Positions 1 to 12,922 of a stretch of DNA of 46,986 nucleotides are shown here, in pieces (positions within the stretch are counted from its first letter, which is position 1; each line of letters opens with the position of its first letter). The position numbers and the translations under genes were made by a program. Source of the stretch: Lama guanicoe (lineage: Eukaryota). Where the stretch lies: assembly GCA_013239625.1 (NCBI GenBank), contig MU054187.1, positions 11,615,231-11,662,216 on the forward strand, read 5' to 3'. Under the pieces are notes generated by a model. It ran no database searches, had not been told where the DNA came from, and was given only the letters and a program-made list of their open reading frames with translations.

Positions 1-177
1 TTCGCTCAGGGAACCAACAGAATTTTAGGGGTAAGTTCCACTTTCCTAGAAGTAAGCCATTTCCGAGGCAAAAAGTGAGATAAAGCCGCTGGGCCAGGGA
101 ACAACATGGTGCTGGCAGGAGAGTAGTGGCCCTGCCTGGGGGTCCTGCCAGTCTTTTTTATGGGGCTTCCTGCCTCA

Positions 178-451
178 AGAGTGGGGCCCTGATCTCATAG
201 GACTAGTGTCCTTATAAGAAGAGATACCGGAGAACTTGCTGTCCCTCTCAACACACACACCAAGGAAAGACCATGTGAAGTCACAGCATGGGGGCAGCCC
301 TCCACAAGCCAGGAAGAGAGCCTTCCCTGAGAACCGACACTGCTGTATCTTGATGACAGACTCCTCACCTCCAGAACTGCAAGGAAATAAGTGTCTGTTG
401 TTTAAGCATCAGTCTGTGGTATTTTGTTCCAGAAGTCTGAGCAGACTAACA
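178..451 (+). mobile_element. MLT1A-like MaLR LTR fragment
   Basis: Typical MLT1A/B motifs: gtccttataagaagag, ccatgtgaag, caagccaggaagagagcc, cctccagaactg, tgttgtttaagc...gtctgtggtattttgtt...agcagactaacac. Confidence 0.8.
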
Positions 452-887
452 CTCCAAGTAATCAAAGCTAGCATTGCTAAAAGCAAAACAACTTGCAATA
501 TGAAATACATAGCATGACCCCTGAAGGGGTTCATGCCAAAACTGTTTACCCTGAATCTAAATAGGCCATTCACTCTAACTGCCAGTTTATAAAAATACAC
601 GTCAAGGTTCTGGAAGGTAACAGTAGGCTCAAACTACTACTTAAAAAATACTAAGGGGCGGTAATTTGGCTTCTGGTTAAGATGGGATAGCAAAGCTCAG
701 ATTTGTCCTGCTTCCTGAAAAAAACAAGCAATGGACAAAATATGTAAAATGAGAGCTTTCATTGCCTGGACATCATTTAAGTTTTTTTTTAAAAAAAATG
801 TCCTGATATGCTTGCCTTTCAAAAAGCATCAGCCATTTAGAGGAACACACGATGCCTCTGGGATTAAATTTATCAGCTGTAAAAATG

Positions 888-902
888 ATGCTGACTCAGC
901 AT
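888..902. promoter_or_regulatory. Perfect T-MARE (Maf recognition element) TGCTGACTCAGCA
   Basis: atgctgactcagcat at 888-902 matches the 13-bp T-MARE consensus exactly and has an A-rich 5' flank. Function not shown. Confidence 0.45.
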
Positions 903-1989
903 GGATTTATAGGAGCTGATTGCATTTTCTCTTCTCAACTCCCACATCTCTAATCCGGGAGCTGACCTGATTTATAGTAGAAACATTTTAGAAGGCAATG
1001 GAAAACAAATGCAAGAGGAAGAAAGCAAAGGGAAAAATCACTGCAAACCCACGTTACTGATAAAACTAAAGCGGTAGCCATAAAGTGATTTGGGAACACA
1101 AAGTGCCTGAAAGTATTATATGCATTTAATCAAAGTCAACCTCATAAACAATAAATGATATCCCGAAATATTTCACTAGCTTAAGGGATTTTTAATGAGA
1201 GAAAACATCCTAGTTTTCTCTAGAATGATTAAACCTATGAATAAACCATATGCTAAACCACAAACAAATTTTTTCACTTTTATCAGCCTCCTCTTGAGTT
1301 CCTGTTAACTGTTGTTATCAGAGTTTAGAATGATATGAGTCATCCTAGACAAGGATAAAAGCCTCAACCCACTCACCATACATTTGAGCCTGAAGGCTTT
1401 TGGCAGAAGATCCCCAGAAAACTGTTCAGCTGACCCAGAGATTAATCCGTTTATAAATGCATCCAGTCATCACTGAGTATGCCAGAGTTTTATTCATTTA
1501 ATGAATGCTGGTCTAATGCAAATCTGTATGTAGTTAAAAATAAAGGACCCCATTGAATCCTACTCAGGACTTTTTATTTTGCTCCTCAGCACAGGACTGC
1601 TATGGGTATGTCAATGTTATTTCCAGAATGATAGATTCCTAGACAATAATTCAAACATACTAATGATGATAGCAGGAGAACTCCACACACTTTGCTCCAA
1701 CCCCACTCATTAGGACTCTTAAGGATGGAGGAAAAAAGAAAGAAAGAAAGATACAGTCTACATACACAATTGACAGCGGTCAAACACATGCGGTTCTAAG
1801 CAAGACAGTTTTTCTTTTAAAAAGCCAGTTTGGATTGCAATTCCACAAAGCTGGAAATGCCATCAGGAGCCATCAAAAACATAAGATCTCAGACTTTGAA
1901 TTGTATCCAGTTTATATTCCCAGTGTTTGGCAAGGTGCCTGCCACATGGCAGGAGGCTGAACAAATAAATAAATGAGTTAATGTTCTAG

Positions 1990-2448
1990 ACTGTGCTATT
2001 GACACCCTAATGTGCAGACTCTTCTTCTGCCATAGTAATGAAGTACCAAATTTTCAGCTGGGTGCAGGAATGCCCAGAATCAAGACAACTTTTCCCAAGC
2101 TCCGTGGCACCTAAATGTGACTGCAGAATTAAGTTCTGACCAGTGAGATGCAAGCAGAAGTGGAAAGCTCCATTTTCTTTCCTGCTTCCTCTTTTCTACT
2201 GACTGGAACACAAGCATAAAGCCAAGAGCCCCAACAAGCATGCTGTATGCCAGGAGGTGACCCTGGGAATGAAAATAACCCAGCATGGAGCCACAAGAGA
2301 GACAGAATCTGGGTCTCTGGTCTATGGAATTTCAAAACACTCTAAGACTGATGACCTTTGAAATTCTTGGATGTGAAATAAACTCATATTTCCCTTAAGT
2401 GACATCGAAAGGGTTTCCTTTATTTGCAGCTGAACCTAATCCTAAATA
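1990..2448 (+). mobile_element. Old MLT1 (I/J/K-like) LTR
   Basis: ttttcagctggg...taagttctgaccagtgagatgcaagcagaagtg...tttgcagctgaacctaatcctaaataca resembles late MLT1 LTRs. Confidence 0.65.
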
Positions 2449-2823
2449 CAGTTGACCCTGAAGAACATGGGTTTAAAGTGCCCGGGTCCACTTATACACA
2501 GATTTTTTTCAGTTAATATATTAGAATGTTTTTTGGAGATTTGCAAGAATTTGAAAAAACTTGCCGACAAACTGGGTAGCCTAAAATACTGAACAAATTA
2601 AGAAAAAGTTAATTATGTCATGAATGTATAAAATATATATAGATATACACGTATTGCACAAAATATGTGTTAATCGACTGTTTATGCTATAGGTAAGGCT
2701 TCCATCAACAGTAGGCTATTAGTAGTTAAGTTTTGGGATTAGTTGAAAATTACACATGGATTTTCATCTGCGAGGGGAGGGGGGGCTGTTTCTCCTAACC
2801 CTGCATTGTTCAAGGCTCAGCTG
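2449..2823. mobile_element. Tigger2/MER8-family non-autonomous DNA transposon (TcMar-Tigger)
   Basis: Terminal inverted repeats cagttgaccctgaagaaca / tgttcaaggctcagctg, flanked by TA on both sides (2447-2448 and 2824-2825). Confidence 0.85.
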
Positions 2824-4217
2824 TATTTACTTAATTATTTCCTATTGTGTGTTTAGCTAGTTTTTCACTTTTAGCCTCTACACATAGTACTGCAGCCATG
2901 TTCCATAGCAGGAGCCAATAAAATTTTCTGAAAAAAAAAGTTCACTGGTATCCAAAGACATAAGGGAGAGGGAAACTTGATCTGTTCGGGGGAGGGACAT
3001 GAGAGCTACAACGCCACTGGTTAGGCTGGATATCCTCACCTCTGATGCCCACCTTTCAGCTCTCTAGCAGGGCTTCACCAATGCACGATGCTCCCTGGAA
3101 CACAGTTTGAAACCTACTGACCAAGATTTAGGGGGCATGGTCACATTTTTAATATTAAAGTGGAGAAAAACCCCAGAGACATAGAGAACTTGAGAGCATC
3201 TAAGCAGGTACCACTTAAATTGCACATATAGGCATTCTCTTTAATGTATTTTTTCCACAAAAAAAAAAGAGTCATAGTTATTATGTGTTGCTCTGAAATA
3301 TCTTTCCAAATTAATACATATTAATCTCACATTCTTTTTAATAGCTGGTGCAATATTTCACAGTTTGATACAATATTATGTAAATGTACCACAACTAACT
3401 TGACCATTTCCATGTTGATCACCATAAGTAGTTCCAATGTTTTCATTATGTTGAATAATGCTACATACACACACACACACACACATTCCCATATCTAGAC
3501 TGGACACCTAAAACCGCTCTCTCCACTTGACACATTGAAACCAACAATTAGTTCTCTATAGACTTACTGAGCTTAGACTTTCAATGTAAACCATTCTTTT
3601 GAGCTTTGATTCTCTGCTTTCCATTATGGTCAAAGAAAAGGATAAAAGTTATACAAGATGAATCAAAGCTTTGCCCTCGCAGTCCATAGGCAAATCCCAT
3701 TTATGAAATAATCATTCCCTGTCTTACTGTTCATTTCTCATTTGTTTCCTACATGTAATCGAGTCTATTCCTGAGCCACCTTCTGCTTCACTAGTATTTA
3801 TTTCTGCTGAGGCACTAGTCCAAGTTGTTATAATTAAATATTCAGTAAGACTAGTCTTTTTTCAGTGACTTTTTTCTAGAACATTTCCTCTTTGCTATTT
3901 TTCTTAATTTATTCTTTAAACTGAATGATATAATCTTTTTGTCAAAATTTTTTTAATTGATGTCAAATTTTTTTAATTGTAAATTGGATTACATTAAATC
4001 TGTTATTTAAATTTAAGAGACCCATCATTTTACAGTTCACATTTGGCATAGAAAAGTAAATACAAAGTACTCAATTAAAAATGACAAGCAACAGGGAAAC
4101 AGCAACATGAGTATAGTATCAGCAGGGAGAAAACACACAACAGAAATAGACTCACAAAGACTACAAATGCTGGATTTACAGACAAGCAGTTTTTTTTAAC
4201 TATGCTTACTATGTTTA

Positions 4218-4675
4218 TCAGCTTTTTCAAAGTGACAAACCACCTAAAACTCAATGACTTAAAACAACAAATATTTACTATTGCTCATGATTCTGTGACT
4301 TAGGTGGGAGGATTTTCTGATCTGGGAGGACTCAGCTGGGACTGGACGATCCAGAACAGCCTTTCTCACATATCTGGGCCTCAGACGGGACAGCTGGGGT
4401 GGCTGGGATGGTTGAAATTGGTGGAGTCTCCCTCCACGTGGTCCTTCATCTCCAAGGAGGCTGGCCGAGGTTTGTCTACATAGTGGCAAAGCGTTCCCAG
4501 CAGCAGCAGAAGACAAGCCCCAAAGCACTGGCACTTTTCAAGCCTTTTTGTAGGTCAAGTTTGCTACTTTCCCATTAGCCAAGGTGAGTCACTAGCCAAG
4601 CCCAGAGACAGCACGGACAGCAATACCTGCAAGTGTGGTAATCACAGTGGCCACTTTGCAAACAACCTCCCTCAC
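4218..4675 (-). mobile_element. MLT1 (F/G/H-like) LTR inserted in the L1M
   Basis: acaaaccacctaaaactcaatgacttaaaacaac...ttgctcatgattctgtg is the reverse complement of an MLT1 3' end. Confidence 0.75.
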
Positions 4676-5487
4676 TGTGTTTAAAGAAATGAAAGAAAAT
4701 CTTCAAATATGTGAGAGAAAACAAGAGACTAGAGAAGAGATCTAGCAGAGTGTACCACTCAAAGATCCAGGCAAGAGGGCAAACAGGGTCCTGCTCTTGG
4801 CCACACACTTTGGGGCCCTAAATACCACACATAAAACCAAATATATTGAAGAACACAGGAGCATCACTGTCACTCATCATCTTGCACTTTTCATTTTTAT
4901 AACTAACACCCTTCAGACCCCAGAAAAAGCATCTCCATGTCACTTCCTTTTTGTCATCAACAGTCAGCTGCATCTGAAAGCTCTGAAGCCTTTTGTGTTC
5001 TTCCCAGCCACCATCAGAGACAAACACTACTTCAGAATAAGGGGTGGGTTTAAGGGACAGGAATGTGCTAGGATAAGAATAAAGAAAACTTGTTGCACCC
5101 TTCCTCTCAAATAACATAAATGCAACAAGTCCATGTGAAATGTAGTGTAGTTTCCCAGAAATACCAAGAGTCCATTTATTTTCCTTAGAGGTAAGCCTGC
5201 TAATAGACTGAAAGCAAGTAAAACAAAACAAAGGAAAAACTGAACTTTTAGAAATAGAAGCCATAATAAGGGTTTAAAACTCGCTGGATATGTTTAAAAG
5301 CAAATTAAGAGACAATTAATGAACTAGAATTTGGATCAGAAGTCAGAATGCAGCTAAGAGAAACAAAACATATAAATATTAAAGAGAGGGGAAGAGAGTG
5401 AGAAGGTCTAACATACATTTGATCAGAATTCCAGAAGGAGAGAAGATAAATGGACCAGAGGTAATATGTAAAGATAGAATGAAAATG

Positions 5488-5578
5488 AATATATGTGTGT
5501 GTATGCATGACTGGGACATGATGCTGTACACCAGAAATTGACACATTGTAACTGACTGTACTTCAATTAAAAAAAAAG
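5488..5578 (+). mobile_element. 5'-truncated younger L1 3' end
   Basis: tgctgtacaccagaaattgacacattgtaactgactgtacttcaatt followed by a poly(A). The same motif recurs at about 9680, 16950 and, reversed, at 28800 and 38640. Confidence 0.75.
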
Positions 5579-6666
5579 AGAGAATGGTTAATAATTTTCC
5601 AAAATAATGAAATATACCAATACACAGATTCAAGGAACCCAATGGACTCCAAGATGGATAAATAAAAACAACAAATACACAAATAAATACATCATAGCAA
5701 AAGACCAAAAAAGTCTTAAAAGCAACTAAGAGTAAATACAAATTAACTTCAAAGTGTTAGGCTGACAGCCATCTTTTCTACAGCAGTGAGGGAAACCAGA
5801 AAGCAATGGAATGATATCTCCAACATTCTGGAAAAAAAATAACTGCCAATCTAGAGTTCTATACAGACCAAAAGTAGCCTTAAGAAGGACAAATAAAGAC
5901 TTTTTCAGATAAACAAAAACAGAGTCTGCCACCAGCAAATCTTCATTAAAGAAAATTCTCATTGTTGTACTTCCCACATGTAAAGAATGTGACACCAGGT
6001 AGAAGTCTGAGATACGAGAAGGAAAGGAGAGCAAAGAACTTGATGAATACAATCGCATATCTAAGCAATTAGTAACTGGATGAAACAGTCAGCAAGGAAT
6101 GCACTGGGCTGTGAACTGAGGAGCGTCCCTGAGATATCACTGTCCCTGGCCCCAAGAAGCTTTACACCCGAAAGAGGAGGCTACCCTTTAAAGACCTGGA
6201 AAATAACAGAGTCACTGATTAAAGGACGAAGACCCCCTTCCAGCCCATCAATGGCCAGAAATGAGATAAAAACACAGGAGCAGACAAGACAGGGCCCCAG
6301 GTGGAAACAGACAGAGAGGAGCTGTGAACAGCCACAGCTGAAGCTGCAAATTCCGAGATGGGGCATAAACCCCCAAAAGGAGGAGAGGAGCTAGAGGGGC
6401 TGGGAGTCTCCCTGACAACACCAGGAGGTGGCTTGGGGCTCTAATCACCATTGCAGTTGTTCCCCAGGTTTTGACAAGACCTTAGGAAAGTAACCTGAGG
6501 AAATAAGGGCTTCAGTAATATCTTCTTTTAGCATCTAAGAAAACCGGGTTAAAGAGGCATCTCACTACCTTAAAAGCTCAAAGCCCAGCTCTGTTGTGTG
6601 TTATATAAACCCTTATACGTATAGTGGGGACTGTCCTGCTCTCTGCTTCTTAATACATAAGATTTA

Positions 6667-6809
6667 TGTTTTGTTTTGTCTGTTTGTTTTGGTGGGGGGA
6701 GGTATTTAGGTTTATTCATTGATTTATTCTTAGAGGAGGTACTGGGGATTGAACCCAGACCTCATGCGTGCTAAGCATGCACTCTACCACTTGAGCTATA
6801 CCCTCCCCT
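6667..6809 (-). mobile_element. tRNA-derived SINE (camelid Vic-1-like)
   Basis: Reverse complement reads ggggagggtatagctcaagtggtagagtgcatgcttagcacgcatgaggtctgggttcaatccccagtacc (Pol III A and B boxes). 18-bp TSD at 6649-6666 and 6810-6827. Confidence 0.9.
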
Positions 6810-7719
6810 CTTAATATGTAAGATTTAATAGCAGTGGACAGTGAGTTTTTACAAGACAAGATACCGCAATGATGTCCCTGGAGCATTTGCTCATTTAACT
6901 GACTAAGTTATGGCAGAATTGAGATGCTTTCCAGTCCTGGAATCTCTCCCCAACACCAGTGTTGGAACAAAGTGTGCACAATATCACACATACACTTTCC
7001 ACAGACTTCTCTTTAACAAAATGAACCCATAAGTTTTCTATGAATAGACACATATTTCATACTGTGTCAGTATACTTGGAGACAAAACATAGCTAAAAAC
7101 AAAAATATTTCAAATAAACTGTATGAATGACTTAACATAGGAAGAAAGTCTCTTTCAGCTTAATTTCCTGGCTCTCATTTAATTAAGTTTGCTGTGTTCC
7201 TGCCGTTGACATGAAGGTTTTTGCAAAAAATTTCCGTGGCTAAGGCAACAATACATAAATCCAAGGGTCTTCCTCCGAGGGACCAGTTTCTCCTCAGAAA
7301 ATGTCAACACACATGCTGCTCCTTGTGGCAGTGAACCCTAGAGTACCTTTGGCTAACATCACATTATTTTTGCCACTTTCTGATTTACAGATACATCATA
7401 TGATGCCAGTAATTTGAAGTCACATTTAGTTCTTTTCCTGGAATTCGATATATACAGAACATAATATTTCCTAGTTTCTTACCTGCCTATTTGAAACTTG
7501 GAAAAACTCTTTAAGCTCAGCCACAATGGTGATTTAAAAGGTTGAAAAAAAGATTCAGAGAGACAGTTAAAAGGACTAAGATTATTCAAACTGAAGTAGA
7601 AATAATTAAAGCCATTCCCAACAGTATGAAGTGTCCTTTCCCTGGGGCTTCTGACATGCTGTTCTCTCAAAATCATCACACTTGTAACTCTGAGCCTCTG
7701 GGCGAAGTTTTGTAAAAAC

Positions 7720-8325
7720 CGGACCTCTGAGCAGATTTTTGTCAGGCATCCAGGCAGACACTGGTGGTTGCCTATATTCACAGTTACTCCTCCACCTTCT
7801 TCCTTGCTAAGAGAAGCTTGATTTTATTCTGGTAACACATGGCCATTTGCTTAAGAGGACTCTGGACCCTTCCCCAGTCATGATTGGTTTATTCATACTC
7901 TTACTTCCTTCATCAATAATTAGTTTAGACATGAGCATGTTACATGATTCTGGCCAATGAGACATGAAAAGAAGTCTGTTGGGGGAGGAAAGAGGGTTTC
8001 TGATGATAGAAATGGTAGAAAGAAACAGCCCCTCTTCATCCTGTTAGAGTTAATATCTGCATCTAACAGGGAAGATTAAACTAGAGCAGCCATCTTGGAA
8101 CATAAAGAAAACCAACCAAAGCCATATTCAGATGCACCAACTCACTGAGGATGGAAGAGAGTGAGTCTTTGATGTCACCTTTGACGCTGCACTATTGCAT
8201 TAACCAAGCCCAGGAACACCTTAGACTTACTTTTATTTGAGTGAATATATTTTTCTTATTGTTTAAGTCAGCTGAGGCAGTATTTCTTGTTAACATCCCC
8301 AAATGCACATCCAACTGAAAACCAG
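7720..8325 (+). mobile_element. Old MLT1 (J/K-like) LTR
   Basis: ttctggccaatgagacatgaaaagaagtctg, gcagccatcttg, cttattgtttaagtcag. Confidence 0.6.
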
Positions 8326-8784
8326 AGTCCCAAGTAAGCCCTACAGCTTAATCCATCACGTGTGTTGCCAAGTCTTCTTTTTAAATCCTCATGCCCATCT
8401 AACCCTTTCCCTACGTGTCCCACTGCCAGTGCAGGTTCATGTAACACTTCACCTCTGGATTACTCACTAATGCAACTTCTCAGCTTATATCCAACCTCCA
8501 GTCCCATTGGCTTGATGTATTTCTCAAACACAATGGCACCCTGCGGCAAACATTTGAAGGTTCTCAGTTTTGCACAGCCAACATTGGCTAAATTCTTTAC
8601 CTGAGATGAAGAATGATTGCAAATCAAAGGGGCCCTTTTCACCAAACTAAGTCAACACTCCCTGTACACAGATGAAGGGAACAACAGAATGGTGATGAGT
8701 GGACCTGACGGAATTTGCCAGACATCATCGGAGGAGTGACAAGAGAAGTGGCTGGGCATCAGAGGTGGGTGACACCACTCCAAG

Positions 8785-8890
8785 ATCCATGGGCAGGGGC
8801 CATGCCTGTTTTCTTCACGACTGCTTTCCAGTGTGCTGCACAGTGCCCAGCATGAGGTACCTACCCAGAAATATTTGTGAAATGAATGAC
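8785..8890 (+). mobile_element. L2 3' end
   Basis: gggcaggggccatgcctgttttcttcac...cacagtgcccagcatg...aatatttgtgaaatgaatga. Confidence 0.65.
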
Positions 8891-9403
8891 TCTAGCTGGG
8901 AGGTTTAGGGAGGTATAAGAAGTGTATTTTTTGAAATGTATTTTAAGTAGAAGATAATATCATTATTAAACATTGTTTGAGACTGTTCTGTGACTTGCTT
9001 TCATGGGTCTGGATTTCTGATAACAGTTGATGACATACATACTGCTGTGTTTGAAAGGTGTGGTTTGTGACAACTGCCACAGAATCAGCTTGGCTCCCTG
9101 GTTCCCTCCACACCTCCTGAATCAGAAGAAGGCTGAAAGTTATCAGAGTTTGAGAACTCTGATGACGTAATGGGTTTCCAAACAGTTTAAGTTCCATTTA
9201 GACAATTTAGTTACATCACCAGGATTTACGTAAGCTCTGTGTTTCTAGTTCACACAAATCATTCACAAATTGATGCCTTCTGGTGGAGCTTCATAAACAC
9301 TTGGAAAATTTTTTAAAGTAACTCTTATTTTTATTACCAGTGAAATGTGTCCTCACAATGGAAAATCTGTAAAATACAGATAAGCAATAAGAAGGAAGAA
9401 ATA

Positions 9404-9523
9404 GGGGGGAAGGTATAGCTCGGTGGTAGAGTGCATGCCTACTGTGCATGAGGTCCTGGGTTCAATCCAGGTACTTCCACCAAAATAAATAAATAAGCCT
9501 AATTACCTCCCTCCACCCCTAAA
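9404..9523 (+). mobile_element. tRNA-derived SINE (Vic-1-like)
   Basis: ggggggaaggtatagctcggtggtagagtgcatgcc...gaggtcctgggttcaatcc. TSD aagaaggaagaaata (9389-9403) / aagaaggaaaaaata (9524-9538). Confidence 0.9.
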
Positions 9524-9558
9524 AAGAAGGAAAAAATAATCAAAGATGACCACTGTTA

Positions 9559-9737
9559 TAAAGTAGATAAACAACAAGGTCCTACCATATACAGGGAACT
9601 ACATTCAATACCTTGTAATGGCTTATAATGAAAAAGAACATGAAAAGGAATATATACATACATGTATAAATGAATCACCATGCTGTACACCAGAAATTAA
9701 AATGCAACATGCTAAATCAAAAAAAAATTAACAAGAA
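9559..9737 (+). mobile_element. 5'-truncated L1 3' end
   Basis: tagataaacaacaaggtccta...cagggaactacattcaataccttgtaat...tgctgtacaccagaaatt, then an A tail. TSD aaagatgaccactgtta / aaaaatgaccactgtta. Confidence 0.85.
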
Positions 9738-9974
9738 AAAAATGACCACTGTTAACTTTTTGGAATATATGCGTTAAGTAATTGTAGGCAGATATAAAAT
9801 ATCATTCTTATAAAACTAGAATCATGTTATATATAGCACACTGCAACCTGGTTTTTTTTCCCACAAGTCAGTGTATCTTGAACATTTTCCTCTGTCAGTA
9901 AATATTCTTCCATAACATCATTTTAGTGGCTGCATAGTATTCCTTTATATAATAACACATCAGTATATTTTATC

Positions 9975-10130
9975 CCAGAGGATCTCAATCCTATCTGCAT
10001 ATTATAATTACCTACCCAAGCCCTGCCTCAGAACAATTAACTATAAAGCTTGGAGGGGGTTCCAGGCACTAGTATTTTTTCTGAAGCTTTCCAAGTAATT
10101 CTAATGTAAAGGCAGGATTGAGAAACAGCA
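9975..10130. mobile_element. MER5-like hAT-Charlie MITE
   Basis: ggatctcaatcctatctgcatattataattacc...gtaattctaatgtaaaggcaggattgagaaacagc. Confidence 0.6.
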
Positions 10131-11017
10131 ATTAAATAAACATTTGGAATTCTTCCGATTTTATTCTTGGACATCAATAAACATCTTACAGCTTAATCTT
10201 TGTCACATTCCTAATTATTTTTCCCTCCAAACATCTAGAAATGCTCAACACCTGCTGGCAGCAAAACTTACAGATGATTATGGTCGGCACCTAAACCTAG
10301 TTAGATATCCAGGTATTTACTGTAAAACTCTTTCAACTTTTCTCTATATTTGAAAATGTTCATAATAAAATGTTGAGGAAAAATAACGCTTAGGAGTTTC
10401 TTAATTAATAAAAAAAATGTGTAAATAATGGTTAATGTTATCCTATTAGTAAGTAACTGAACCTCCAATTCTCTACAACAGAATTTTTTAAATAGTAAAC
10501 ATGCTCTTGGCATTGCATTTGATTTGCAGAATTAGCATCTCCATGTGGACTGAAAGCCCCAAATAATAGCAAATTCTTCAGGGGAGGGGAGTGGTTTTTG
10601 CAGCTCTGAAGCCAGAGAAAATGCTCTCTATGTGGGAAAGTCCGTCAGTCTGTGGACCACAACCTCTGTGCTGTGCCGATTAACCCTGTCGTCCAAGGAG
10701 CGCACAACTCCAGCTCAGCAGACAGCTGTCCACCGGGAACTACATTCACAGGGCATGCAGACAAGAGCGGGTAGGCAGAATGAAACGTGCCTAGTGGCTG
10801 GAGAGTGAAGGCAGGCCCAGAGTCAGGAAGGTCTTCCTAGCAGAGGTTTGTCTGAGGCTGGCCAGGGCACCCTCCCCAAGACCTAAACAAGTGGTGCCCA
10901 CCAACATTAGCAATTCACACTGGAGACAAAGACATTCGAGGTCATTCCTAGCAGAAGAAAGGAGCTCAAGTTTAATATCAGGCAAAGTGAGATTCAAGAC
11001 AAAAGTTTAAGGCACAC

Positions 11018-11463
11018 ATTTGCAGCAACATGGATGGACCTGAAGATCGTCATTCTAAGTGAACTGGAGACAGAAAGAAAAATGCCGTATGATGTCACTT
11101 ATATGTGGAATCTTAAAAAAAAAAAAAAAAGGACACAAATGAACTACTTAGTATTTATAACTTAGATGATTGATTTCTTGAATATGTGTAAGCACATGTG
11201 ACTGTCCTTTATGATTGGATTACCACATTCTGTTGATTCTTATTTTGTGGTTGGCTTTATTCCTTTGATAACTATGAAAGTTTAAAAAGCTAAAGCTCTA
11301 ATCTGTTCTTAGAAATAATGATCTGTGAATAAAATAATGTGCATAGATGTAAACTAAAAAAAGTGCAGTATATTGTATATATGTATTTACATACAATATA
11401 ATGTATATGTACAAACTGTAATAACTCTACCTAACAAAACTGAAAAAGGAAAAAAAAGTTAAA
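11018..11463 (+). mobile_element. Young L1-mediated insertion with a perfect 17-bp TSD
   Basis: L1 motif tttgcagcaacatggatggacct...cacttatatgtggaatct, A-rich tail, and identical TSD aaaagtttaaggcacac at 11001-11017 and 11464-11480. Confidence 0.85.
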
Positions 11464-12863
11464 AAAAGTTTAAGGCACACTTTATATTGACAAAATGTGT
11501 CACCCACACAGAGGATAGAATCATCATCTCACATCTTTAAAAACTCCACTCTATGGCAGCTGAAGATAAAAAGCAAAATTGTTAGAAATACAAGGAAAAG
11601 TTAAGGAGCTATCTGTGGCCCACACATGGAATTTTTTTTCATCGTGTGTCTATGACATTGCTTCTTGTTAAGTAAACAACCAAACATAAAGAAACCTGCC
11701 TTCTATATTTAGAATTCTTGATGTCCAATATGTGCAAGACTTAGGAAGCTGCCTCCTTAGAGTCCTGTCTTCATGGGGCATATTTTTGTCATTAAATATT
11801 TAAGGTCAAAGGACTATGAAGTTGCAACCAGACATTGAACAAGTGCACTCATGCTTTGACAAAATGGAAATACAATGAATCCTAGCAGCACACTCTTAAC
11901 AGATTCAAATAAGAAGAGGAAGGAAGGAGGGAAAGAGGGAAGGAAGTCAGGAAAGGGAAAAGAAAAGAAATGAAATTATGCTTTACCGAGTAGCTAGTAC
12001 TGTGCTAGGTGACTTCACAAACGTTAGTTCTAAATTACGTGGCTGCTAAGTCAGAAAGAGTCTCCCTGACATTAATCTCCAGCAGGGCCAGATTTTTTTT
12101 AAAGCTCTAAAGCTTTGAATATGAATTAATTTGTCCTCTAAATCCAGGTCTTTCTTAAACAAATGATATTATTGCTCAAGGGGGTTATGAGATCAAGATC
12201 AGGTAAATTCCTCATCCTGCCTCAATTTCAAAATAGATGTCCAACTATCTAGCCTTCAAATCCGCTTAAAGGGAGATGGTTTTTTCTCCAGCTTTCTGTT
12301 TCCTGTGTGTAGGACTAGACAGCAGAATAGATACCAAACACCTACTGAAGGTCTGCTGCATGACTTAAAGGACAGTGACCTTAGGATCCTTCATTGCACA
12401 TGTGGTTTGTTTCTATCTTCTGAGTTTGTACAGAGTGAAAATTAGTTAAAGGAGCTAGAAATGTTTGCCCTCTGTAAAACATGGACACGAACGGTATCTT
12501 TTGATGTTTGAAAGGCTGAGATGCTGAGGACAGATTAGCTTTACTCTGTGCACCTGCAGAGGGCAGGGCTAGGATGCAGAGGTGGAGGGGAGTCCTCTGT
12601 GCATTAGTGCTCCCCCACAGCAGCATGCGCTGCCTAGGGAGATGGCGTGTTCCTCCACAGGAAGTAATCCTGCAGAAGCCAGAACCCCTGTCACGGATGC
12701 TGTAACTGGGATTTCTGCCTAGACTGAAAAGACAAACTAGACCAGTGGTTCCTAAATACCTGTCCAGCTATGACAAAGTTTCTACTGATTTGAGACAGAA
12801 TAATAGAAAATAAGAGGACAATGTCATTATTTTTTCCCAAAGCTCCCTTTATTGAATTTAAAA

Positions 12864-12922
12864 NNNNNNNNNNNNNNNNNNNNNNNNNNNNNNNNNNNNN
12901 NNNNNNNNNNNNNNNNNNNNNN
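12864..12922. other. Assembly gap (N run)
   Basis: Run of N. Confidence 0.99.

Larger units (their letters stand above)
4060..6075 (+). mobile_element. Ancient L1M 5'/ORF1 remnant, interrupted by an MLT1 LTR and a younger L1 tail
   Basis: A-rich ORF1-like motifs (aggtctaacatacat...ttccagaaggagag, acacagattcaagga, agaaagcaatggaatgatatc, actgccaatctagagttctata). No intact frame. Confidence 0.65.

Noticed and set aside
6735..6809. tRNA-like sequence (also at 9404, 18209 and 23261)
   Set aside because: Repeated copies with tails and TSDs are SINE heads, not tRNA genes.
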